The translations under genes were made by a program, and so were the position numbers. From assembly GCA_965248575.1 (NCBI GenBank), contig CBDFJQ010000002.1, forward strand, positions 3,776,001 to 3,840,000: a stretch of 64,000 bases of DNA, in the 5' to 3' direction. The notes beneath the pieces were generated by a model. It did no database searches and was not told the DNA's origin. It worked only from the letters and a program-made list of their open reading frames with translations. This DNA comes from Planctomycetota bacterium. GTDB taxonomy: Bacteria; Planctomycetota; B15-G4. The number at the start of each line of letters is the position of its first letter. The first letter of the stretch is position 1. Of the stretch, positions 27,975 to 36,950 are shown in pieces.

Positions 27975-30434
27975 ATGTTTTCGTTGATCCCGCTCGCCGT
28001 CCTTTGCCTCGCCGCGTTGTCGGCCGATCCAACAGAGGACCTGAGCGCGCTCACCGGCGCCTCGATGTCCGAACCGGTGGGTATCGCCTTGCCGCAGAGC
28101 TTCGTCGAGGCAGACGCCGGCTTCATGATGCAAGGCGACGGCCTCGCCGTCTCGCTCGAAACCGGACGCATGCGCTGGATGCTCACTCGCGAAGCAGGTG
28201 AAGCGACCGCGCTCGCCGTCGTGGACATCGAACCTGTTGATGCGCGCCTCGGTGTGGCGCCGGTCGGCGAGCAGCGACTCCCGGGCACCATCAATCGCTT
28301 TCACGGGAGCCCCGACGAGTGGCGTACCGGCCTGCGCACGTTCGCCGCCGTGCGCTATCCCGAACTCTGGGAAGGCGTCGACCTGCTCCTTGAGGCGCAG
28401 GGCGAGACGTTCAAGGGGACCTACGTTGTCGCACCAGGAGCCGACCCTAAGGCGGTGCGTTTGCGCCATCATGGCGCCGACAGCGTGACGATCGACGCCG
28501 AGGGCCGTCTCATCATTCTGACGCCGGCGGGTGAGCTTGTTGATTCGGCGCCGGTGGCTTGGCAAGAGATCCATGGCGAGCGGCGCGACGTGGCGGTGAG
28601 CTTCGCGGTTGAGCCGGCGGACGACGGCGCCGTCGATGTGTCCTTCACCCTCGCCGAGCACGACCCGAGCGTCGCGTTGTGGCTCGACCCCGCCGTGATC
28701 GTGCAGGCGGGCTTCCTTGGGGGCGTCAGCGCCGACTACTGCACGGGGATCGCCGTCGACGAAGACGGTTACGTCTACATCTCGGGCTGGACACTCTCGG
28801 ACGAGGTGACTTTCCCGGTTGTCGTGGGGCCCGAGCTGATCTGGCAGGCGGCGGGAGACCCGTCTCAAGGCGACGCGTTCGTGGCCAAGCTCGATCCCAC
28901 GGGCACCACGCTGATCTACGCGGGCTTCATTGGCGGCACGGAGTTCGATTTCAGCTCAGGCATCGCCGTCGACTCGCTGGGGCGCGCCTACGTAGGTGGT
29001 CACACGCGATCGAGCCCATTGCAGGGGTTCCCCGCCATCGGCGGCCCGTCGCTCGACCAAGCAGGTATCGATGGCTGGGTGGCGCGCGTCTCCAACGACG
29101 GAACCTCTCTCGACTTTTGCGGGTACGTCGGCGGGAACAGTGAGGACCGCGTGTTCGGCATCGACGTGGACGATCAGTTCCGCACGTATCTGGTCGGTCG
29201 CTTCAAGTCGATTGACACCACGCTACCGCTCTTGGTCGGCCCCGACCTCACGCCGCCGGGCGGGCCCACCGACAGCTTCATCGCGCGCCTCTCGCCGAGC
29301 GGCTTGTCCTACGAGTACTGCGGGTACATCGGCGGGAGTTCTTTCGACGACATCACGGAAGTCAAGGCCGACAGCGACGGGAGCGCTGTCTTCGCAGGCT
29401 GGACGGGCTCGACCGACTTTCCGCTCGTCGGCGGGTTGGGGGGCACGTACCTCGCCGGAGCCGACACGGTGGTGGGGCGCGTGTCGCCGGGCGGATCGAC
29501 GCTTCTCTGGAGCGGCATGATCAGCAGTGCGAGCACCGACGTCCCGGGCTCCCTTGCGCTCGACTCAAGCGGCGCGGTGTATGTGGCCGGCGCGACCGTC
29601 GACTCGTCGACCTTCCCGGTGTTCGTTGGGCCCGAGCTCGTGCCGGGTGGTTCGACCGACGGGTTCGTGTTCAAGGTTGCGCCGGACGGGCAGAGTTACG
29701 AATGGTCGGGGTTCACTGGAACGGGTTTCTCCGGGTCTGTCTTTGTCGACGACGACGACACGGTCTGGGTCGTCACGCCAAAGAACGATGGCGGACCCAC
29801 CGACCATCAGTCGACGCTCGCGCGCGTCGAACCGTCGGGCGCCAGCTACGACTTGATCGAAACGCTCACGCCACCGGGCGTGACGGTCGGCTTCATGGCT
29901 CAAGTGCCGGCTTCCCTCACGCCGCCTGATTCGCTCGACTTCTGGTTCGGCTCGACCACGAGTCTCGACGAGAGTGTTGTGCCTGTCGTCTCGGGGCCGG
30001 ACGTCACAGCCAACGGTGACTTCGACGTTCTTGTCATGCGCATCCGTATCTCGCTCACGGATGGCCCGTGGAGCGATGAGGGCTGCGCGCTCGCTGGCTT
30101 CGCCGGTGACCCCGTGCTCGTTGGGTCCGGTGATCTCAGCGCGGGGAGCAGTAACAGCCTTGAGCTGAGCAATGCCCTGCCGAGTTCGACGATGGCCATG
30201 TTCTTCGGGTTCACGAACACGCCGACATTCTTCTATGGGGGCACGCTCAAGCCCGTGCCGTGGACCACCTTGTTGTTCACCACGACCACAGCCGGCGGCG
30301 GTCTCACTCTGCCTTTCGTGATGCCAGCGGGCGTGCCGGCGAGTACGGAGCTTTGGTTGCAGGCGGCGATCCAAGACGTGACGGCCGTGGCGGGTGTCTC
30401 GATCAGCAATGCGCTGCTTGGAGTCACGCCGTAG
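27975..30434 (+). CDS. Secreted SBBP-repeat beta-propeller protein with a conserved C-terminal domain
   Basis: N-terminal VRY.ELW.GVDL...V.PGADP...P.AWQ domain; repeated GIAVD..G.VY..G.T.S...FP...DAFVAKL. Confidence 0.85.
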   Translation: MFSLIPLAVLCLAALSADPTEDLSALTGASMSEPVGIALPQSFVEADAGFMMQGDGLAVSLETGRMRWMLTREAGEATALAVVDIEPVDARLGVAPVGEQRLPGTINRFHGSPDEWRTGLRTFAAVRYPELWEGVDLLLEAQGETFKGTYVVAPGADPKAVRLRHHGADSVTIDAEGRLIILTPAGELVDSAPVAWQEIHGERRDVAVSFAVEPADDGAVDVSFTLAEHDPSVALWLDPAVIVQAGFLGGVSADYCTGIAVDEDGYVYISGWTLSDEVTFPVVVGPELIWQAAGDPSQGDAFVAKLDPTGTTLIYAGFIGGTEFDFSSGIAVDSLGRAYVGGHTRSSPLQGFPAIGGPSLDQAGIDGWVARVSNDGTSLDFCGYVGGNSEDRVFGIDVDDQFRTYLVGRFKSIDTTLPLLVGPDLTPPGGPTDSFIARLSPSGLSYEYCGYIGGSSFDDITEVKADSDGSAVFAGWTGSTDFPLVGGLGGTYLAGADTVVGRVSPGGSTLLWSGMISSASTDVPGSLALDSSGAVYVAGATVDSSTFPVFVGPELVPGGSTDGFVFKVAPDGQSYEWSGFTGTGFSGSVFVDDDDTVWVVTPKNDGGPTDHQSTLARVEPSGASYDLIETLTPPGVTVGFMAQVPASLTPPDSLDFWFGSTTSLDESVVPVVSGPDVTANGDFDVLVMRIRISLTDGPWSDEGCALAGFAGDPVLVGSGDLSAGSSNSLELSNALPSSTMAMFFGFTNTPTFFYGGTLKPVPWTTLLFTTTTAGGGLTLPFVMPAGVPASTELWLQAAIQDVTAVAGVSISNALLGVTP

Positions 30435-30627
30435 GTTGACTTGGGACGGAATCGATGAACTTGCAGTTCACGGCGACGTGCTCTCTGGGCGCGCGTCTTC
30501 GCCGATGGATGATCAATGGCAATCGTTCACGGTGGATATTCGATCGGGCAGGTCTTCTGGAGGATGGCACGACGCGATTGCACCCTCTGGATGGGAAGCC
30601 CTCCGTGATGGCGAGCTCGGCGTATGA
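30435..30627 (+). pseudogene. 3' remnant of a cassette ORF
   Basis: Open frame with no convincing start of its own, ending 6 nt before an attC-like site. Confidence 0.4.
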
Positions 30628-30633
30628 TGCCCT

Positions 30634-30697
30634 GGCAAACAACCCGTAGCAGACGGACCGGGCTTCACTCAGCCGCTGAACGGCGGATACGTCAGGC
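30634..30697 (+). mobile_element. Orphan degenerate attC site 5
   Basis: GGCAAAC..CCGTAGCAGACGGACCGGGCTTCACTCAGCCGCTGAACGGCGGATAC GTCAGGC; clear similarity to attC1. Confidence 0.7.
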
Positions 30698-31164
30698 CAC
30701 TGACGAGCGACCGGCCCCCTCTGGCCCGAGAGTGTCTTGAATCGAGAAAGCATGGCGCCGGGCTGGCTCTCGGGGCCGGGTTCAGGGTCGTGACGCAGGG
30801 CGAGCGTCAGTAGGCAGTACGCGAGACTCATCGCGCTGGAGACGGCAAGCAGGTGTGGCATGGCTCAACTCCCCCAGGGTGTGCGCGCGGCGCGGCGAGT
30901 TGGCCAGGACACAGCGGGTTTTGGAGGCGTGGGTCGTGCTGGTGCTGCGATGTGTTTTGATTGGCCACCAGCTGTGGCTCTTGATGTCTTGCGGAAAATA
31001 GACGGGCGTGTCCATCGCGGGTAGCCTCACGAGCCGTCATCGGGCCATTCCCCGGTGGAAAGGAAGAGATAGGCGGGAAGGAAGAGCTCGTCTCCGATTG
31101 AACCGAAGAGAGCACTTGGCCGTAAGGGTTGGCGGGTCCTTGGAAACACCGTGGGGGCGGGACG

Positions 31165-31914
31165 ATGAGAGGGAGAAAAACCAAGTTGTCGGGTGGCCGG
31201 CGCAGCGCTCCTGCTCAGCTCCAGCAAGCCAATCAGCCGCCCCTTCCGTGGTCCTCGGAGCGTCGCCGAGCTGCGGGCCATGGCAAGTGGGTCGTGCCGT
31301 TCATGTGGTGCAACTGGGTGATGAAGCAAGCTGCGCACGCTCTGGGGCAGCTAGCTGTCTTCAGGCTTCTTGAGTACGCCGGAAAGTCCACGATCTTGAT
31401 TGCTGCCATTCTCTGGGTGGCGGAGTGTGATGACAGGCGACTTCAGGCAGCGGATCAGGCCTGGCGGCTCCTGTCCTCGACAAGTGGAGGTTCGAGAGTC
31501 CGCGCCATGGAGGCGTTGGTAGAGAAAGGGGAAGACATGTTCAGGGTTCGCCTTGTCGATGCGCACCTTGAAGGTGCTCACCTTCCCGGCGCGAAGCTCA
31601 AGGAGGCTGTCTTGTCGGGGGCCATTCTGCGTCAGGCGTGTCTCCAGGGCGCGATGCTGTTCCGTGCGAACCTGTCAGCTGCCGGCCTCTACAAGGCCGA
31701 TCTCTCGGGGGCAGATCTTCGATGGGCTGACCTGAGACGAGCGAATCTCACGGATGCGAATCTCTCCGGGGCTCGGCTCGACTACGCAAAAGTCGGCGGA
31801 GCGACCATGGACCGGGCCGACCTCAGTGGCGCCTCTTTCTCGAATGTGGAATTCTCCAAGCGACAGCAGGAGCTAGTTCAGTGGGAGGCAGAAGACCCCT
31901 CGGTCACTCAATGA
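31165..31914 (+). CDS. Pentapeptide repeat protein
   Basis: Tandem A(D/N)LxG-type pentapeptides (AHLEG AHLPG AKLKE AVLSG ... ADLSG ADLRW ADLRR ANLTD ANLSG); start uncertain. Confidence 0.85.
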   Translation: MRGRKTKLSGGRRSAPAQLQQANQPPLPWSSERRRAAGHGKWVVPFMWCNWVMKQAAHALGQLAVFRLLEYAGKSTILIAAILWVAECDDRRLQAADQAWRLLSSTSGGSRVRAMEALVEKGEDMFRVRLVDAHLEGAHLPGAKLKEAVLSGAILRQACLQGAMLFRANLSAAGLYKADLSGADLRWADLRRANLTDANLSGARLDYAKVGGATMDRADLSGASFSNVEFSKRQQELVQWEAEDPSVTQ

Positions 31915-32161
31915 GTTCGTAGCTCATTGGCACGGGATGTCTCGGTGCGAGATCAGCACGCGGCTTGTGTCGAGGGTTCGAGGGCGACCCGATGCCGAGT
32001 TTCCGCCCATCACCCACAGCCCACACACCGCCCAACTCGCGTTAACCTAACCCTCGCGCCGGTTGCCCGCCGCGCGGGGAAGAGAAGCTGCACGAGTGCG
32101 TGGGATCCTCCGCCAAAGGCCGGTCGGCTGTTGACCGTTCTCGCTCACTCGGAGGCTCATC

Positions 32162-34381
32162 GTGCTCTCGCTGCTCTCGCTGCTCTTGCTTGCATCCTGC
32201 ACCTTTCTCGGCCAGGTCACCGTCGACCACAACCGGGCGCCCTTCCTCGCCATGCCGTGCGAGGCCCAGCAAACCATCGAAAACCCCGAACTGATGCTGA
32301 GGGACTACGGCATCCAGGACGACCACATGGGGCGTTCGCTCGCCCTGGGCGATTGGGATGGGGACGGTTACCTCGATCTGGCGGTGGGGGGCTTCCGGCG
32401 CGTCAAGAATGACTCCGTCCTGGCAGAGCCCTGCTGCCCCCCGACGGTTTGCGAGGACATGGGAACCAGTCGCGTCTTCATCTTCGCCTGGGATCCGGTC
32501 ATGGGGTCTTTCGACACCGATCCCATAGCGGAGTTCGTGGGCAACAACCAGCGAGATCAGTTCGGTGAATGCCTGACGTTCATGCCGGACATCGACGGGG
32601 ACAACAGACCCGAGCTCCTGGTGGGCGCACCCAACTGGCCCAACAACCCCAACGTCAATGGCTCGGGCTGCACCACCGGCTATCAGCGGCGGGGGCGGGT
32701 GTATCTCTTCGGGAGCGACACGACCTATAGCCCGTCGGCCTCGGCGGAGACCTGCGCGACCCTGGTGTTCCAAGGCCGCGCCCGGGGCGGTCGCTTCGGC
32801 GCCGAAGTTGCCGTGGCCCCCAACTTCGACGACGACGGTCTGGCAGATCTCTTCATCGGTGCGCCGGGGAGTCTCGACAGCGCCGTGGCCTACGCGGGCG
32901 AGGTGCACGTGATGTTGGGCGCGGACCTGGCCAGCTTGACCCAGGACGACGATTGCATGGGCAGCACCACGGCCATCCTCGACAACAATGCGGCCTTCTC
33001 CGCGCACCTCACCTCCGGCACGGGCCAGGACCGCTTCGGCGAGGGGCTGGCCGTGGTGGGTGACCTCGACGGTGACTTTCGGGATGAGATCGCCGTCGGC
33101 GCCACCGAATGGGTGCAGCGGGAGGTCAACAACTACGACGAGTGCGGCATGCAGATGCCAGGCAAGCCGTGCGAGGAGGAGGTGGCCAAGGGCCCCGGCT
33201 TCGCACGCCTCTACACCTACGCACTCCTACCGAGCCCCGCCGTCGTGACCTTCCTGCCGGTGGACCTGCCCACAACGATCGCAGGGTCGGCCGGGCAGTA
33301 CACACCCGGCAGCACGATCCCGGGACTCGGAGCGGGTGAGGCCTTCGGCTACGCCATCGGCGGCATGGCGGATGTCGTGGACGAGGACGGTGTTTCGGAC
33401 GTTTATGTGAGTGCACCGGGATTCACGGACGGGATGCGCACCCGCGTCGGCCGCGTGCGTGTCTACTCCGGCGCTGCCCTGGCAGCGGCCACGACGGCGC
33501 AAGAGGTCGCCGACGCCGAGCGCTACTGGGTGACGGGCGACAGGGGTCGGGGCATGTTCGGCAGTTCGGTGGCCCCTGTGGACGACTTGTTCGGCAACGA
33601 CAACTTCGCCGAGTTCGCCGTGGGTGCCTACCAGGAAGACCTCTGCGGGTTCGACGACATCGCGATGACAGGACACACCTGCCCGCCGGTCCTGTGCTCC
33701 GACCTGGGCTACACGCTGCCAGACACGACCATTGACCCGAGCCAGGGTTGGGACCAGTCCGGTTCGGTCTACGTGATCCAGACCAAGCCGGCGGACGGTG
33801 GCGGCGTGCGGGGGGACAAGCGCGTCCGCATCATAGGCGAGCACCGCAAGGACCACATGGGCTTCTCCGTGGCGGCCGGGCTGATCACGGACGACGGCGT
33901 GCCGGACCTGGTGGTGAGCGGCATGGCGTGGAACCTCAAATCCACGTCCACGTACAACATGTCGGAGCCCGGTCGCGTCTACCTGTTCCACGGCGACAAG
34001 TACCCGGTGGCGAACTCTTGGGTCGGCCTCGGGTATTCCAAGGCCGGTACAAACGGTGACCCCGTCGCCTGGGGCATCGGTGAGTTTGTTTCGGGTGGGC
34101 CCTACCGGGTGGGGCTCGAGAACGCACTCCCCAACGAGGACGCCTACATCATTGAGGGCGTGTCCCAGGCCTACACGCCCTTCTTTGGCGGAGTGCTCGT
34201 GCCGCTGTTCTATCAATGGAGCTTCGTCACGACGGACGACAACGGGAACGCCGAGTACGCGAGCTCCTATCCGGGCGTGGTAGGCCCAGGCGATGAGTTG
34301 GTCATGCAGTGGTGGTTCGTGGACCCCGCGGGCACCATGAGTACGGCGTCCACGGCTGGGATTGCGATGCAGGAGCCGTAG
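32162..34381 (+). CDS. Secreted FG-GAP/integrin-alpha-like repeat protein with a conserved C-terminal domain
   Basis: Repeated DxDGDG..DL.VGAP and G.VY.F motifs; many Cys; C-terminal W..LG...AG..G.P domain. Confidence 0.88.
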   Translation: MLSLLSLLLLASCTFLGQVTVDHNRAPFLAMPCEAQQTIENPELMLRDYGIQDDHMGRSLALGDWDGDGYLDLAVGGFRRVKNDSVLAEPCCPPTVCEDMGTSRVFIFAWDPVMGSFDTDPIAEFVGNNQRDQFGECLTFMPDIDGDNRPELLVGAPNWPNNPNVNGSGCTTGYQRRGRVYLFGSDTTYSPSASAETCATLVFQGRARGGRFGAEVAVAPNFDDDGLADLFIGAPGSLDSAVAYAGEVHVMLGADLASLTQDDDCMGSTTAILDNNAAFSAHLTSGTGQDRFGEGLAVVGDLDGDFRDEIAVGATEWVQREVNNYDECGMQMPGKPCEEEVAKGPGFARLYTYALLPSPAVVTFLPVDLPTTIAGSAGQYTPGSTIPGLGAGEAFGYAIGGMADVVDEDGVSDVYVSAPGFTDGMRTRVGRVRVYSGAALAAATTAQEVADAERYWVTGDRGRGMFGSSVAPVDDLFGNDNFAEFAVGAYQEDLCGFDDIAMTGHTCPPVLCSDLGYTLPDTTIDPSQGWDQSGSVYVIQTKPADGGGVRGDKRVRIIGEHRKDHMGFSVAAGLITDDGVPDLVVSGMAWNLKSTSTYNMSEPGRVYLFHGDKYPVANSWVGLGYSKAGTNGDPVAWGIGEFVSGGPYRVGLENALPNEDAYIIEGVSQAYTPFFGGVLVPLFYQWSFVTTDDNGNAEYASSYPGVVGPGDELVMQWWFVDPAGTMSTASTAGIAMQEP

Positions 34382-34391
34382 GGCTTCTCGC

Positions 34392-36950
34392 TCACTCCCA
34401 GCTCTGGAACTCCGGCAAAAGATAGTCCTCAAACAACCGGTACTCCAGCTCGAAAACCGCGAGGCAGTCGTCACCCGGTTCCGGCGTGTCCATCTGGCTG
34501 CCCATGTGCACGCGGCTGAACAGCGCCGAGTCGGCGACGGCGATCACTCGCCCGGCGCCGTGCTGGGTTGTTGTCACGAGCACGCGCTCGCCTTCGCCCT
34601 CGAACACCGAAGTTCCGCCGAAGAGGGCGGGGGCGGGCACCGGCACGCGGCGTGAAAGCGGCTCCGCGTACACCCCGTCGAAGTCGAGCGCGGGAGTGTC
34701 CGCCGGGTTCGCGGTGTCGGCAGCACCCAGCGCGTTGGTCGAGCCCTGCTCTTGCATGGATCGCAGGGCGGTTTCGCGCACGTGATTGTCTTCGCGGCGA
34801 GAGCGCTCTCCGACGCCCAAGCCAAAGGGCGCCAGCAAGCGTCCGGCCGACGACTGTGGATCGCGCCAGCGATCGAGCACGAGCAGCTTTCCGCCTCCCG
34901 CGACATAGGACTCGAGCAGTGCGGGCGCGTGGGCGGGCAGGCTGGTGTCGGGATTGATGACCACCACCGCGTCGTGCTGCAGCGCCTCTTCCAGCGTGCA
35001 GGTCCTTGGGAACCAGCCGAGGCGTTGCACCCACGTGAAGAACACGTCGAAGGACGCTGCATCTGGAACGGAGTCGCTCTCGATCATGGGGGAGGGGAAC
35101 AGCGCCCCGCCCACTCCCTCCACGAAGGCCACCGTGGTGATCTCTTCGTAGGGCTGCCGGTCGGTGATGCGTGTGTCCATGAGGGAGTCGACGGCGACCG
35201 ACGCGAGGGCCAGACCTGCCAAGGCCGCGGTTGGTCCCAGCTGTGCCAGTTGCGAACCGTCCACGAGCCCGCGCCTGTACATGAGACCAAGGCCCACGGC
35301 GGAGAGCCCAGCCAAGAGCAGGCACAGGGCCGCGCCACTGTCGGCGGGGTCGTTGATGTGGTTGAGGTAGTCCACCGTGTCGATGAGCAGGTCCGGCGTG
35401 TCGCCGCGCAGGACGCTGAAGGTGGAGAAGATGGTGCTGTCGCTGAAGGCCACCACCCGGCCCGCGCCATACTCGCGGGCCGCCATCAGGACCAGCGGCC
35501 CGAAGGCATCGCCCACATCGGGAACGACGTGGCCGAAGAAGGAGTTCTGGGAGTAGTCCAGGGGGTCGGCGAAGAGCGCCTCGCCGATCAGGGGGGCGGA
35601 CCAGGCGGGCGAGACGTCGAGGCTGCAGGAGGTCATGAAGTCCAGCTGCTCCACGCGCCGTGTGATGGGGTGGGGCCAGGCCCAGTTGGGTGCCGCCGTG
35701 TGCAGGCGTCCGTCCTCCACGTTGTTCACCGCGTCGAAGCGAAACTCCAGGCCGAAGGGCTCGCCCAGCTGGTTCAGATTCCAGCCCATGCCCAGCAGGT
35801 TCGTGTGGTCGCCGATCAGGAACAGCCCGCCGCCGTGCTGAACGAAACGCTCCACGAGGGCCACGTCCTGTTCGGTGAAGGGGATGGTGGGCGTCTTGAT
35901 CACCAGCACATCGGTGTTGGCCAATTGCTCCTCGCTGAAGCGGCCGTCGGTGTGGACCGCCACCTCGAAATGTCGGGAGAGCCAATCGGTGAAGGTTGCG
36001 AAGTTGTAGACGGTCTCGCGCCCGTACTCACTGCGGTTGAGCTCGGTGTCGGAAGGAGACCAACCCACGCTGTGGGCATCGTCGATGAGCACCCGGCCTC
36101 CGCGCGCTTGGCCTGTCGTGGGCCAGTTCATCGCGGCCGAGAGAGCGGCCACCGTGCAGAGGATGAGTGCTGCAGCGCAGGCCATGGTCGCTGGGCGCGT
36201 AGCGCGGCGCGTTGGGTTCCGCCCGCTGACTCGCGCAGAGGACGACTCGATGCCTTGCTCGCCAAAGTCAGCAGACAGCAGCAAGCGGTGCATGCCGAGC
36301 AGCACCACAGGCAACCAGCTCAGCACCTGGGTCCAGGGCTCCTGTAGGTAACGAATGGCGAGGTCGTGGGAGTGGTTACCGACGGCGAGGGGGTCGTCGT
36401 GCAGCACAATCAACAGGGCCAGGACGGTGAAGCGCAGCAGGGCGTATGCGAGCAGCCAAACGCCTGCCCGCAACACGTGTCGGAACTTATCGGGCAGATT
36501 GAGAATGCGGGCAGCCACGAAGTGATTCACGAGCAACCAGCACATGGTCAACACACCGAACGCTTCCCAGCCGATGCGAATGGGCACGTGATAGGCCGCC
36601 GTCATCAGGTGCAAGAAGCCGTCGCTGGCCGCGGCTCGCAGGCCGAGCAGGTCCAACATCCAGGCGAGGACATGGGGCAGCACGGGCACGGTGGACGTGC
36701 GGGCGGCCAGTTGCAGGGCGATGGGGTCGAGCAAGAGGAACAGCGCCGCCTGGCTCCAGAGCAGCAGGCCGAGTTTGGCGAAGAGGGCGCGCCCCCCGGC
36801 ATTGCTGCGCAGCCCCCAGCCCAGGGCGAGGGCGCCGGGCAGCCACATCCACGCGAAGGAAACGCTGGAGGGCGCAGCGTCATGCCCCAGCAGGAACAAC
36901 CAGGCGAGGGAGGTCAGGCCCACACCGACCGTGAGCAGGTAGGTGTTCAA
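34392..36950 (-). CDS. Polytopic membrane protein with an exosortase-like N-terminus and two DUF4350/GATase-like domains
   Basis: Multiple TMs; IRIGWEAFG...AYALLRF; VLID.AH, DVLVI..P, FV..GG.LFLIGDHTN, G.GRVV.FSDS; TTGA overlap with the upstream gene. Confidence 0.7.
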   Translation of the reverse strand: MNTYLLTVGVGLTSLAWLFLLGHDAAPSSVSFAWMWLPGALALGWGLRSNAGGRALFAKLGLLLWSQAALFLLLDPIALQLAARTSTVPVLPHVLAWMLDLLGLRAAASDGFLHLMTAAYHVPIRIGWEAFGVLTMCWLLVNHFVAARILNLPDKFRHVLRAGVWLLAYALLRFTVLALLIVLHDDPLAVGNHSHDLAIRYLQEPWTQVLSWLPVVLLGMHRLLLSADFGEQGIESSSARVSGRNPTRRATRPATMACAAALILCTVAALSAAMNWPTTGQARGGRVLIDDAHSVGWSPSDTELNRSEYGRETVYNFATFTDWLSRHFEVAVHTDGRFSEEQLANTDVLVIKTPTIPFTEQDVALVERFVQHGGGLFLIGDHTNLLGMGWNLNQLGEPFGLEFRFDAVNNVEDGRLHTAAPNWAWPHPITRRVEQLDFMTSCSLDVSPAWSAPLIGEALFADPLDYSQNSFFGHVVPDVGDAFGPLVLMAAREYGAGRVVAFSDSTIFSTFSVLRGDTPDLLIDTVDYLNHINDPADSGAALCLLLAGLSAVGLGLMYRRGLVDGSQLAQLGPTAALAGLALASVAVDSLMDTRITDRQPYEEITTVAFVEGVGGALFPSPMIESDSVPDAASFDVFFTWVQRLGWFPRTCTLEEALQHDAVVVINPDTSLPAHAPALLESYVAGGGKLLVLDRWRDPQSSAGRLLAPFGLGVGERSRREDNHVRETALRSMQEQGSTNALGAADTANPADTPALDFDGVYAEPLSRRVPVPAPALFGGTSVFEGEGERVLVTTTQHGAGRVIAVADSALFSRVHMGSQMDTPEPGDDCLAVFELEYRLFEDYLLPEFQSWE

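Noticed and set aside
31165..31914. Qnr/MfpA-type quinolone resistance call for the pentapeptide protein
   Set aside because: The repeat region is short and follows an unrelated N-terminal segment; only a generic pentapeptide repeat is supported.
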